This document shows, piece after piece, positions 16,905 to 25,557 of a stretch of 64,000 nt of DNA. The notes under the pieces were generated by a model, which was not told the origin of the DNA, did not search any database, and saw only the letters and a list, made by a program, of their open reading frames with translations. The translations under genes and the position numbers were made by a program. Where the stretch lies: the NCBI GenBank assembly GCA_025928545.1, contig JAICJH010000025.1, forward strand, positions 482-64,481. Direction: 5' to 3'. This DNA comes from Bryobacteraceae bacterium. GTDB lineage: Bacteria > Acidobacteriota > Terriglobia > Bryobacterales > Bryobacteraceae. Position 1 is the first letter of the stretch. Every line of letters starts with the position of its first letter.

Positions 16905-18899
16905 ATGCCTCTCACACCCCGCTATACTCAAGTTTCCGTGTTCCTACAGCTAGAAAAACAAATCCAGGCCGCTTTCCGCGACGCCCTCAGCATCCGCTTC
17001 GGCATCGATTCCGAGATCGTCCTCGAACAGCCCAAACAGGCCTCTTTCGGCGAACTTGCCGTTCCCGTCGCCTTCCAACTCGCCCGCTCCCTTAAGCAGC
17101 CGCCCAAAAAAATCGCTACCGACCTCCTGGAGGCTGTGGGCGATATTCCCGGCGTCGCCGCCATGGAAGTGGCGGGCAATGGCTACATCAATCTGCGCCT
17201 CGACCGCGGCGCACTCGCTGCCAGCCTTCTGAAGCCGTCCGATGCCGCTGCCTCCCTGCCGTCCGACAAGACGATCGTCGAACACACCAACATCAATCCC
17301 AACAAGGCCGCCCACATCGGCCACCTGCGCAACGCGGTCCTTGGCGACACTTTCGTCCGCATGCTCCGCGCCTGCGGCAATCGGGTCGAAGTCCAGAACT
17401 ACATCGACAACACGGGAGTCCAGGTTGCCGACGTGGTCGCGGGTTTTCATTTTCTCGAATTGAAGACGCCGAAAGAAGTGGCGGCCCTCATCGCTCAGCC
17501 GCGCTTCGATTACCTCTGCTGGGACCTATACGCGCGCACCTCGCAGCATTACAAGGATCATCCCGAAGCCCTCGCCTGGCGCGCCGAAGTGCTTCATGGC
17601 GTCGAAGCCGGCGCCGGTGAACTATCGGAACTAGGTCATCTGGTAGCCGACGCCATCGTCAACCTCCATCTCGCGACGATGCTCCGCCTCAACGTCCAGT
17701 ACGACGTCCTGCCGCGCGAAAGCGAGATCCTCCACCTCAAGTTCTGGGCGTCGGCGTTTGAACTCCTCAAGGAACGCCGCGCGATTTACTTCGAAGAAGA
17801 AGGCAAGAACAAGGGCTGTTGGGTGATGCCGCCCTCCGCTTTCCGTGGCGCCGACGAGGCCAACGAAGACAGCAAGGTCATCGTCCGCTCCAATGGCACC
17901 GTCACCTACGTCGGCAAGGACATCGCCTACCAGCTCTGGAAATTCGGCCTCCTCGGCAAGGACTTCCATTACCGCGAGCTCGTCGAATACGCCGATGGCA
18001 AGAAGGTCTGGGTATCTACGGACCAGGCCCAGAACGCTCCGGATACACCGGAATTCGGCCGCGCCCGGACGGTTTACAACGTCATCGATACCCGCCAGTC
18101 GTATCTGCAGGACGTGGTGGTCGCAGGCCTCCGCGCGCTCGGTTTCGAAAAGCAGGCCGATCAGTCGATTCACTTCTCGTACGAGATGGTCGCGCTCTCA
18201 CCGCGCTGCTGCGCCGATCTTGGCATTGAGCTGTCCGAAGAGGATGCGAAGCGTCCCTACGTGGAAGTGTCCGGCCGCAAGGGCCTCGGCGTTAAAGCCG
18301 ATGACCTGATGGACAAACTGGTCGAGACTGCCATGCGTGAAGTTGCTTCCCGCCACCCGGAGGACAACGAAGCTGCTCAGTTGGCCGTCGCAACCGAGAT
18401 TGCCATGGGGGCGTTGCGTTACTTCCTGCTCAAGTTCACCCGGAACACCGTGATCGCGTTCGATTTCCAGGAAGCCCTCAGCTTTGAAGGCGAAACCGGC
18501 CCTTACGCGCAGTACGCCGCCGTGCGCGCCCGCAACATTTTCCGCAAGCTCGAAGATCGCGGCGAGGCTCTCCCGGACTTCTCATCCGTACTCACGCCCG
18601 CCGCCATGGACCGCCAACTCAAAGGCGAGGCGAACGACGAGCTCTGGCAAATCTTAATAGCCGCCGCAAAAGTCGATTCCGTCGTAGCCCGCGCGGTCAC
18701 AGCCGGAGAGCCGGCCCATGTCGCGAAATACGTCTTCCAGCTGGCTCAGACATTCAATCTCTTCTACCATCAGTTTCCCGTGTTGGCGGAGCCCGACCAT
18801 GAGCGCAAGGCCTTCCTGCTTTGGATGACGGAGTATCTCGCGCTTCAGCTGGAACGTACTTTATCGGTGCTGGGGATCGCTGTCCCGGCTTACATGTAG
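16905..18899 (+). CDS. argS: Arginine--tRNA ligase
   Basis: Class I HIGH motif NPNKAAHIGHLRN, the N-terminal Arg-tRNA-synthetase add-on domain, a C-terminal DALR-type anticodon domain, and a ...AYM end. Confidence 0.97.
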   Translation: MPLTPRYTQVSVFLQLEKQIQAAFRDALSIRFGIDSEIVLEQPKQASFGELAVPVAFQLARSLKQPPKKIATDLLEAVGDIPGVAAMEVAGNGYINLRLDRGALAASLLKPSDAAASLPSDKTIVEHTNINPNKAAHIGHLRNAVLGDTFVRMLRACGNRVEVQNYIDNTGVQVADVVAGFHFLELKTPKEVAALIAQPRFDYLCWDLYARTSQHYKDHPEALAWRAEVLHGVEAGAGELSELGHLVADAIVNLHLATMLRLNVQYDVLPRESEILHLKFWASAFELLKERRAIYFEEEGKNKGCWVMPPSAFRGADEANEDSKVIVRSNGTVTYVGKDIAYQLWKFGLLGKDFHYRELVEYADGKKVWVSTDQAQNAPDTPEFGRARTVYNVIDTRQSYLQDVVVAGLRALGFEKQADQSIHFSYEMVALSPRCCADLGIELSEEDAKRPYVEVSGRKGLGVKADDLMDKLVETAMREVASRHPEDNEAAQLAVATEIAMGALRYFLLKFTRNTVIAFDFQEALSFEGETGPYAQYAAVRARNIFRKLEDRGEALPDFSSVLTPAAMDRQLKGEANDELWQILIAAAKVDSVVARAVTAGEPAHVAKYVFQLAQTFNLFYHQFPVLAEPDHERKAFLLWMTEYLALQLERTLSVLGIAVPAYM

Positions 18900-18907
18900 G
18901 ACAGACT

Positions 18908-19672
18908 ATGCTCTTAGCGCTCGACGCAGGCAACACCAACATCACGATCGGTATCTTCCACGGCCCGGTGCTGGCCGATCACCGTCGCCTGCGCACGGTT
19001 CGCGAACAGACTTCCGACGAGTGGGGCATTCTCCTGCTCAACCTGCTTCGTTACGCCGGTCTCGATCCCGCCGCCATCGATGGCATTATCATTTCTTCCG
19101 TTGTTCCGCCCCTGAACTCGGCGCTGGCGGAAATGTCCCGCCGCTACTTCCGCACCGAGGCGATGTTTGTGACGGCGCAGACCAACACCGGTCTGACGAT
19201 CCGTTATGAAAACCCTTCGGAAGTAGGCGCCGACCGTCTCGTGAACGGCGTCGCCGCCTTCCACAAGTACGGCGGCCCCTGCGTTGTAATCGACCTCGGC
19301 ACCGCGATTACCTTCGACGCCATTTCTGCCGATGCCGAGTATCTCGGCGGCATCATCGCCGCGGGAGTCGGAATCTCGGCGGACGCTCTTTTCAGCCGCA
19401 CCGCCCGGCTGCCGCTGGTGGACTTCCGCAAACCGAAGAACCTCATCGGGACCAATACGGTCGCCAGCATGCAGGCCGGACTCTACTACGGGGCTATAGG
19501 CGCCATCGACGGCATGATCGAGCGCCTCATCGCCGAACTCGGGCCGGGTACGAAGACGGTCGCCACCGGAGGTCAGGCCGAACTCATCGCCGGAGAGTCG
19601 CGCTTCATCACCAACGTGGATGAGAACCTCACTCTGGAAGGGCTGCGCCTCATCTGGGATCGGACGCGGTGA
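18908..19672 (+). CDS. coaX: Type III pantothenate kinase
   Basis: MLLALDAGNTNITIGIF ... VIDLGTAITFD ... GTNTVASMQAGL. ATG 18908 lies 9 nt after the argS stop. The ORF-track start 18821 overlaps argS. Confidence 0.95.
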   Translation: MLLALDAGNTNITIGIFHGPVLADHRRLRTVREQTSDEWGILLLNLLRYAGLDPAAIDGIIISSVVPPLNSALAEMSRRYFRTEAMFVTAQTNTGLTIRYENPSEVGADRLVNGVAAFHKYGGPCVVIDLGTAITFDAISADAEYLGGIIAAGVGISADALFSRTARLPLVDFRKPKNLIGTNTVASMQAGLYYGAIGAIDGMIERLIAELGPGTKTVATGGQAELIAGESRFITNVDENLTLEGLRLIWDRTR

Positions 19673-20355
19673 GCGAGAAGGCCTGGTCGAGTTACTTCAA
19701 CTATTTCACCGAAGTTGAAGAGCACTTCCAGCGAGCCCGCGGGACCAGCCTGTTTTTGCTCTCGCCTCTGGATTGGGCGCTGATCGAATCCTGGAAGAAC
19801 TCCAACATTCCGCTCGAAGCGGTCCTCCGGGGTATCGATATCGCCTTTGAGAAATGGCGCGCGAAGCGGTCGCGTGTCCAGATGGTCAACTCTCTGGCCT
19901 TCTGTGCCCAGCCGGTCATGCTCGAAGCTCAGCGGATGGCCGATGCCGGCACCGACCGCCGCCAGGAGCCGGAAGCCCAGCCATTTCCGACTGACGACCT
20001 GCGCAGGTTTATCGAAGGCAATGTCACTGCGATTCGGTCCCGCGGCGTCGCCGAGTTTGAACCGGTAGCCGCGTCGCTGGAACAGATTGCATCGGACCTG
20101 GCCGAATTCGCGAAAGACCCGGAGAAGCTCGAACAGATGCTGACGATCCTGGAGCAAAAGCTGATCGCGCTGGCGCGCAGCCGTCAATCAGATGAACAGG
20201 CCCTCGAGATCCGGATTGGCCTGGATTCGCAGCTCCGCCCCTACAGGAGCAAGATGACGGCCCCCCAGATCGCTATGCTGGAAGCACAGTTTCTCGAACG
20301 AGCGCTGCTGGAAAGCGCCGGATTGCCGCGGCTAAGCCTTTTTTACATGAGTTGA
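19669..20355 (+). CDS. Hypothetical protein (conserved-looking, helical, acidic)
   Basis: The GTG start overlaps the coaX stop (GTGA). Codon usage matches the neighbours. No family recognised by eye. Confidence 0.7.
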   Translation: MSEKAWSSYFNYFTEVEEHFQRARGTSLFLLSPLDWALIESWKNSNIPLEAVLRGIDIAFEKWRAKRSRVQMVNSLAFCAQPVMLEAQRMADAGTDRRQEPEAQPFPTDDLRRFIEGNVTAIRSRGVAEFEPVAASLEQIASDLAEFAKDPEKLEQMLTILEQKLIALARSRQSDEQALEIRIGLDSQLRPYRSKMTAPQIAMLEAQFLERALLESAGLPRLSLFYMS

Positions 20356-20538
20356 TTAGTACGTTTCAAAACTCGAATTATGTCGGTATGTATGCTATTG
20401 TTATTACAGGTTGTTATCTTCCTGTAACCGTTTGGTGGATCCAGCGTCTAACAAAGTGCTGGTGTAGGAAGTTTTTTCAACCGCCAGTTTTTGCCGAAAG
20501 GTATCGCGCATCCGAATAGGTTGTAGCGATCCAGCCAG

Positions 20539-20618
20539 CAGGTGCACTCCTCCGAGCGCCTGAGGGCTTTTGGTGAGGCGGCAGGCACCTTCCTCCGAGT
20601 GCCTGCCGTTTTTTTTTT
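20539..20618 (+). ncRNA. Candidate small RNA core: two hairpins whose 10-nt loops share UCCUCCGA (anti-Shine-Dalgarno-like); the second hairpin is an intrinsic terminator
   Basis: Hairpin 1: 20539-20562, 7-bp stem, loop ACTCCTCCGA. Hairpin 2: 20579-20608, 10-bp GC stem, loop CTTCCTCCGA, then T10. The 5' end is unknown. It could instead be the 3' UTR of the 19669 gene. Confidence 0.35.
20579..20618 (+). terminator. Rho-independent terminator
   Basis: CGGCAGGCAC / GTGCCTGCCG 10-bp stem followed by ten T residues (20609-20618). Confidence 0.85.
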
Positions 20619-20725
20619 GCCAGTCGGTAAGCTTTCAGCCTGCAAACCATCGATAATCTTGCGCCCGCCCCCGATTCTGCCTCACACTGACCTCAGTTGT
20701 TCTCATACTTTTGTTTGCATCACAG

Positions 20726-20758
20726 GCGGCCTCGTTTCGAAAGAGCGAGGCCGCTTTT
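20726..20758 (+). terminator. Second terminator-like hairpin, 20 nt upstream of the next gene
   Basis: GCGGCCTCG / CGAGGCCGC 9-bp stem, 11-nt loop, then TTTT. Confidence 0.5.
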
Positions 20759-20778
20759 GAAGTAGTAGGCTGGGAGTA

Positions 20779-21357
20779 GTGGACAACACCACCCCTCCGC
20801 ACATTCATCGGCCAGGCCTTCCCGTTTACGCGCTCGGAGGACTCCAGGCGGGCATCGTTGGAGTGGCCTGGATGTTCGTCTGTTTCATTGTCGCGGCACT
20901 CTGGAGCGGAGGCGGCATCTGGTCGGTGCCCAACCTTTTCGCAACGGTTTTCTACGGCGAGAACGCATGGCAGAACGAGTTTTTCCACTCCACATGGGCG
21001 GGGATCGCGCTGTTGGTCGTGATTTACGGCCTGATTGGAATTGTTTGGGGATGCATCTGGAAGCTGCACCGCGTTCCCCTGCTGTCGTTCTTTGGCACGC
21101 TGACAGGTCTGGCAACATACTTCTTCTTCTTCCACTTCATCTGGGCCCACACCTACCCGTTTATTCCGCTGTACGCGCCGCTTCGGGAGTTGCAGGTCGC
21201 GCACATTCTTTGGGGCGCGGCATTGGCGAAGTCGCCCGCCTACTCGGCCCGCATCGCGCGGGCGATCGCGCCTGTCTATACCCCGCCTGACAGCGGCGGC
21301 CCCGCTCCTCCAACTCAGGACGCAGCGGAGATTGTCAGCGGAGAACTGATCCAGTAA
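20779..21357 (+). CDS. Hypothetical integral membrane protein (about 5 TM)
   Basis: GTG start after GGGAG. Hydrophobic helices (IVGVAWMFVCFIVAALW, IALLVVIYGLIGIVWGCIW, LTGLATYFFFFHFIW). The long antisense ORF 20635..21819 is rejected. Confidence 0.7.
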   Translation: MDNTTPPHIHRPGLPVYALGGLQAGIVGVAWMFVCFIVAALWSGGGIWSVPNLFATVFYGENAWQNEFFHSTWAGIALLVVIYGLIGIVWGCIWKLHRVPLLSFFGTLTGLATYFFFFHFIWAHTYPFIPLYAPLRELQVAHILWGAALAKSPAYSARIARAIAPVYTPPDSGGPAPPTQDAAEIVSGELIQ

Positions 21358-21653
21358 AGCGGCCGATCGCGAAGCAGCTCTCTGCTGAAGGCTTTTGAAC
21401 TTTGCTCGAGCACGCAGGTCCGATTGCCGCTCCTGCCGGTCACCGTCACTCTGCCGCCTGTGGACTTCGTGACCCGATACGCTGTCCGGGCTCCGCCATG
21501 GATCGCCGCCGCCTCCAGAGACAACGGCGATTCCATGACGAAATGCAGCCCACCATCCGGACGGATCAGCAGCGCGAAGTCGTTCGGCTCCGCATTGCCG
21601 TCGGACCGGGCAACGTCGAAAAGTTCCTGGGCGTTCTCGAGAAAGGCGTCCAC
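21315..21653 (-). CDS. Hypothetical 112-aa protein, last gene of the CHAT/ECF operon
   Basis: Lies 30 nt downstream of the anti-sigma gene on the same strand. Balanced composition. Its 3' end overlaps the convergent membrane-protein gene by 43 nt. Confidence 0.55.
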   Translation of the reverse strand: MDAFLENAQELFDVARSDGNAEPNDFALLIRPDGGLHFVMESPLSLEAAAIHGGARTAYRVTKSTGGRVTVTGRSGNRTCVLEQSSKAFSRELLRDRPLYWISSPLTISAAS

Positions 21654-21683
21654 AGTGGAGCTTATCGGCGCGGAGGTGGGAGT

Positions 21684-22268
21684 TTAGAGGGTGACGCGGA
21701 AGCCGTACTCGTGGAGCAGCTTTCCCGCTCCGTCGTAGAGGCGAACGAAGTACGTGCCGGGCGCCAGTTCCCGGGCAATCTTCGCTTCGGGCGAGGTGGC
21801 ATTGAGCGGGCCGCTCCACATGGATCCTCCGGCTGAATCGACCACTTCCAGGCGAAGCGAGGTTTCATGCGGCGCATCCGTCAGGCTGATATCCGTTTCC
21901 CTGGACTGACGCACCGATGGCGTCTCGCCGCGGATTGCCGTGAGATGCACGGAGGCGATTGGCCCCAAATTGTGCGGGGAATGGGTGTACAAGATCAAGG
22001 CCAGGGCCAACGAGGCAAAGACCGCAGCCGCCGCGAAGGACCATCGCGGCAGGGCTGGCCACAGCCGGAAACTGCGCGCCGGGGGCTCGGTGGAAATGGC
22101 TTCGCGCATCGCCAATGAGAACGCCTCTATTTCATCCAGCCGCTCCTGACAAGCGACGCAGATGAGAAGGTGTTCTTCGACGGCTGCCGTACTCTGCTCC
22201 GGCAGACGACCGAGAGCATAGAGTTCGAGTTGGTCGTCGGATTGGTGTGGACCCGCCAAAATCGACAT
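21684..22268 (-). CDS. Zinc-binding (ZAS, zf-HC2) single-pass anti-sigma factor
   Basis: HxxxCxxC motif EEHLLICVACQERL, a TM (WSFAAAAVFASLALALILY) and a ~100 aa extracytoplasmic tail. ATG 22268 is preferred. GTG 22307 (2 nt after the sigma stop) is possible. Confidence 0.8.
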   Translation of the reverse strand: MSILAGPHQSDDQLELYALGRLPEQSTAAVEEHLLICVACQERLDEIEAFSLAMREAISTEPPARSFRLWPALPRWSFAAAAVFASLALALILYTHSPHNLGPIASVHLTAIRGETPSVRQSRETDISLTDAPHETSLRLEVVDSAGGSMWSGPLNATSPEAKIARELAPGTYFVRLYDGAGKLLHEYGFRVTL

Positions 22269-22309
22269 CGTTAAAACAATAGTGGCAGGCGTCCGAAAAC
22301 TTCTCACAT

Positions 22310-22969
22310 TTATTTATTTCGGCGTGCTTCGTCGGCCAACCTCTTGCCAAGTTTTCCGAATCTGGCTTTCGCTCGCGACTTCAACAGACGGAATTGGTTG
22401 TAGCTGAGGCCCATCTCCTGGCAAATGCGTTCCTGGGGTTGTTCCAAAAGGTAAAACCTGTGCAGAATCTCGCGATCGCGCCGGGATACACCGTGGAACA
22501 CCCGGCGGGCGATTTCCGCGCGCTGGCGGGAGAGCAGATTCTGCTCCGGGTTGTTTTTCCAGTCGGAGACGGAGAAAACGGAGTCCTCGAACTCCACGGT
22601 AGTACGGCGCCGGACCACAGCTTCCTCGATGCTGGCCGCGATATGGCGTCGCACGATGGTGCGGACGTAGCCCATGAGGCGAGCGGGATCGCGGAGTTCA
22701 CCCGAGCGGATCGCTTCCGTAACCACGACAAAGCAATCGTGTACGCGGTCGTCAAGATCTTCCATACCGAGCGACCGGAGCAGCAAATACCGGATGCCGC
22801 GTGTGAACACTGTGTACAACTCCGTCATTGCGAGGGGATCGCCCGCCCGGATGCGGTCGACCGTGCCGGGCCAGTCCGGGATATCAAAGGCAGGGTCGGC
22901 AACGCCCGCCAGTTGCGGAGAGTCTTGCTCTTCCATAACTCTTTCAGGAGAATCGGGGTCCGTGATCAC
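22310..22969 (-). CDS. ECF-type RNA polymerase sigma-70 family factor
   Basis: Region 2 (LYTVFTRGIRYLLLRSL...DDRVHDCFVVV) and region 4 HTH (REILHRFYLLEQPQERICQEMGLSYNQFRLLKSRA). GTG 22969 is preceded by GAGGAG. ATG 22936 is an alternative. Confidence 0.9.
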   Translation of the reverse strand: MITDPDSPERVMEEQDSPQLAGVADPAFDIPDWPGTVDRIRAGDPLAMTELYTVFTRGIRYLLLRSLGMEDLDDRVHDCFVVVTEAIRSGELRDPARLMGYVRTIVRRHIAASIEEAVVRRRTTVEFEDSVFSVSDWKNNPEQNLLSRQRAEIARRVFHGVSRRDREILHRFYLLEQPQERICQEMGLSYNQFRLLKSRAKARFGKLGKRLADEARRNK

Positions 22970-22988
22970 TTCTGAAGATCTCCTCGCA

Positions 22989-25397
22989 TCAGATTCGACT
23001 CAGCAGGAAGTATCCCGCCCAAACCAACGGCCGGCTATCTCGCCCGGAATGCAGCGCGGCTAACTGAGCTTCCCGGAGGGCGGCGGCCGGGTTTCCATGA
23101 GCAGACCCACGGAGGGCGCGATAGAAATCGACCATGACCGTCTGCGCGGGTTCATCCGGAATATTCCAGCGGGTGGAAATTACCGCATTTGCGCCCGCCC
23201 CGATCCAGGCTCTGGTTAAACCCATCAGGCCCGATGCCGGGAGCGCGTTGCCTTGCCCGGAGTGACAGCCATTCATTACCACCAGCGCCCCATTCAGGCG
23301 TCGTGCGGCGATGTCCTGAGGCCCCATCAGCCCAATGGCGCCGTTGGCGTCGAGGGCCAACGCAAGCAACCCGGAACCGAATTGACCGGGAGCGCGAACC
23401 ACATGAGTTGCGAAATGGATGGCGGCGGGCGAAGAGGACAGGGCGGATTCGACAGCGCCGATATTTGCCGCTGCGCCGGTCAGCACCTGCCTGGAGCCGG
23501 AGTTCCATTCGAGTGAGCACGCAGCCAGTTCAACGGCTGTATTCGGCAGGCGCGGAAGGGTGATGGCTTTGTTTTGCGCAGCCCCCCGGGAACCGCGGTA
23601 GCGTGGATCCGCCTCGTTGAACACCGGGTCTCCAATACCGACGAACGAGCCACCCGAGGCGACAACGCCTCGTTTCAGCAGGAGTGCACCGGGAATCGTC
23701 TGCAATGCGGCATTCTCAATGAGAAAACGAGATTGGCCGTCGTTATTTGCAACGGGAAGGGCTGCGAACGGCAACTCATGAAGGGGACCATCCGGTTCGA
23801 GGAGCCAATGTTTATGGGCCAAAGCCGCAGCAGGAACTTTTCCGAAGAGACTTTGCCAGAGACACTTTCCCGCAGGCGTGGAATCGCGGCCGTCCTGGAG
23901 GGCGCGGTTGAAAGTCTGGACTTCACGGTCGAGCTGCGCGCGGTCCGGCAAAGAGAAGACGCGCATTTGCCGGTTATCGACCACCCATAGCCAGGAGCCG
24001 GTATCGGTGATGGAAAAGCTGAAGAGGACCGTATCGGAGTCCAGTGTTTTTTCAACATGCCTCGAAGGCTGGTTATTGTCCGGGCTGGAGCGTGCCGCGG
24101 CACCGGCGGCAGCCTCTTCCAGTTGCAGGCGCATTTCCAGATCCACTGCTTCAGTTGCCGCCGGGCTATGCTCTGCCGGCGACGCCTGCGCAAGCAGAGA
24201 ACGCTCCACCGCCTGAAACCTGGCGAGCAATTCCCAATAGTCGGCGGGCAATCTGGAGCGCCAGTCGCTGGTTTCCGGCACCGTTGCGCGAAGGCTCCAG
24301 AGGCGGTCCTGCTCGGCGGCATCGAAAGTTTCCGCCAGAAGAACGCGATTGCGGCTTTGGACTGCAAGACGGTTTCCGGCGTCCACCAAACCGTCGAAGA
24401 TCTGGCTGACGCGGTTCTCCAGCGCGATTCGATCCTGGTCGGCGGGAACGATATCGGCGCGCATAACTGTGGCGAGACGTCGCGCTTCGCGAAAATCACG
24501 GAGCGCAGCGTTCGTGTGGCCTGACTCAAGGCGGATTCTGGCACGATCCAGGTAAACCATCCAGCGAGGGGTGAAGGTTTCATGAGCGTCAAGCGCGTCC
24601 TGAAGCAGGTATTCGGCCCGGGCGTAGTCTCCCTGCTTTGCCCTCAGCCTGGCGAGGCCGGTCAGGGCACTGGTGGCTGCCTTCAGTCGATGGGTTCTGG
24701 TCAACCGCAGCGATTCGTTGAGGGCCGGTTCCGCGTCGGCATACCGGCCGGCGTCGATGTACTTGTGGCCCAGTCCAGCCCAGCTTCTGGCGGCGGTATC
24801 CAGGTCACCGGTTTCCACCAGCAACCCAAGCGACTGTCGGTACAACGGTTCCGCCTCCGGCAGCCTGCCCAGGGTGGCGAGAGCCTGTGCTTCCTGATAA
24901 AGAAGCTTTGCGCGCGTGCCGGCGTGTGCATGCCCGGCAGGTCCTGCGAGGGCCTCGCGGGCCAGACGAAGCGCCTGGTCGGGCACTCCCATCTGGAGAT
25001 AGACCCCGGTCAGATTGTTGAGCGCATAAATGAGAGGCACCATTTCGCCGGAACGTTGCGCGACGAGACGAGCGCGGGTCAGATCGGTCAGGGCCGGGCC
25101 GTATTGCATGAGGAGGACGGAGGCAAAACCGGCATTGCTCCAGTTCATGGCTTCATCGCGCTGGAGACCGGCGAGGAAGGCGCCGGATGCGGCGGCCCGA
25201 TATGCTTCCCTCGCATCCAGATACCGACCGGCCGAAAACGCGGCCATGCCGAGCGTGTGCAGGCGCTTAATTTCGGAAAGCGACGGTTTGCCGGCCAGAG
25301 ATGAAGGATTCGCCGGATTTCGCAGGGAACCTGCCAGCGAGAGCGCCAGCAGAGTTGACCCAGTGACGGCGCCGAACAACACGAGTTTTTTCGGCAC
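22989..25397 (-). CDS. Secreted or anchored TPR + CHAT (caspase-like) protease
   Basis: N-terminal signal/anchor MPKKLVLFGAVTGSTLLALSLAG. A long TPR-like helical repeat region. The C-terminal CHAT domain has His (AIHFATHV) and Cys (LVVMNGCHSGQG). GTG start after AGAGG. Confidence 0.9.
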   Translation of the reverse strand: MPKKLVLFGAVTGSTLLALSLAGSLRNPANPSSLAGKPSLSEIKRLHTLGMAAFSAGRYLDAREAYRAAASGAFLAGLQRDEAMNWSNAGFASVLLMQYGPALTDLTRARLVAQRSGEMVPLIYALNNLTGVYLQMGVPDQALRLAREALAGPAGHAHAGTRAKLLYQEAQALATLGRLPEAEPLYRQSLGLLVETGDLDTAARSWAGLGHKYIDAGRYADAEPALNESLRLTRTHRLKAATSALTGLARLRAKQGDYARAEYLLQDALDAHETFTPRWMVYLDRARIRLESGHTNAALRDFREARRLATVMRADIVPADQDRIALENRVSQIFDGLVDAGNRLAVQSRNRVLLAETFDAAEQDRLWSLRATVPETSDWRSRLPADYWELLARFQAVERSLLAQASPAEHSPAATEAVDLEMRLQLEEAAAGAAARSSPDNNQPSRHVEKTLDSDTVLFSFSITDTGSWLWVVDNRQMRVFSLPDRAQLDREVQTFNRALQDGRDSTPAGKCLWQSLFGKVPAAALAHKHWLLEPDGPLHELPFAALPVANNDGQSRFLIENAALQTIPGALLLKRGVVASGGSFVGIGDPVFNEADPRYRGSRGAAQNKAITLPRLPNTAVELAACSLEWNSGSRQVLTGAAANIGAVESALSSSPAAIHFATHVVRAPGQFGSGLLALALDANGAIGLMGPQDIAARRLNGALVVMNGCHSGQGNALPASGLMGLTRAWIGAGANAVISTRWNIPDEPAQTVMVDFYRALRGSAHGNPAAALREAQLAALHSGRDSRPLVWAGYFLLSRI

Positions 25398-25414
25398 CAG
25401 AGCCTCTGGAAGAC

Positions 25415-25451
25415 CGGTGGTAGTCCAGCCAAAAGGCCGGGACTACCACCG
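25415..25451 (-). promoter_or_regulatory. Strong 12-bp hairpin in the leader just upstream of the CHAT gene start
   Basis: CGGTGGTAGTCC (25415-25426) pairs with GGACTACCACCG (25440-25451). A second small hairpin CCAGAG/CTCTGG covers the AGAGG ribosome-binding site. Confidence 0.5.
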
Positions 25452-25557
25452 ATTCTAGCAGAGAATGGGTATTAAAAAGCACATTTCTAAAAAGAATGGC
25501 TGTACCCAACCGGATGGGTCCGGTTATTTTGCGGAGATGCGTTCTGTTAACGCATTA

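Noticed and set aside
16574-16915. N-terminal 114-aa extension of the TMTC-like ORF, and similar extensions at 12544-12681, 18821-18907, 31945-31995, 33238-33342, 45954-46067, 46933-47046, 53167-53208, 59155-59280 and 61170-61307
   Set aside because: The ORF track starts at the first ATG/GTG/TTG after a stop. These extensions are Arg-rich, overlap neighbouring genes or precede obvious signal peptides or canonical N-termini. Downstream starts were therefore chosen.
20380-20427. 15-codon hydrophobic micro-ORF (MSVCMLLLLQVVIFL) resembling a type I toxin
   Set aside because: It has no SD and AT-rich codons unlike the genome. No antisense RNA signature was recognised. It is probably noise.
20635-21819. 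394-aa ORF on the minus strand
   Set aside because: The translation is Arg/Gly/Pro/Ser-rich low complexity. It runs antisense to two better-supported genes and across two plus-strand terminators. This is a typical high-GC shadow ORF.
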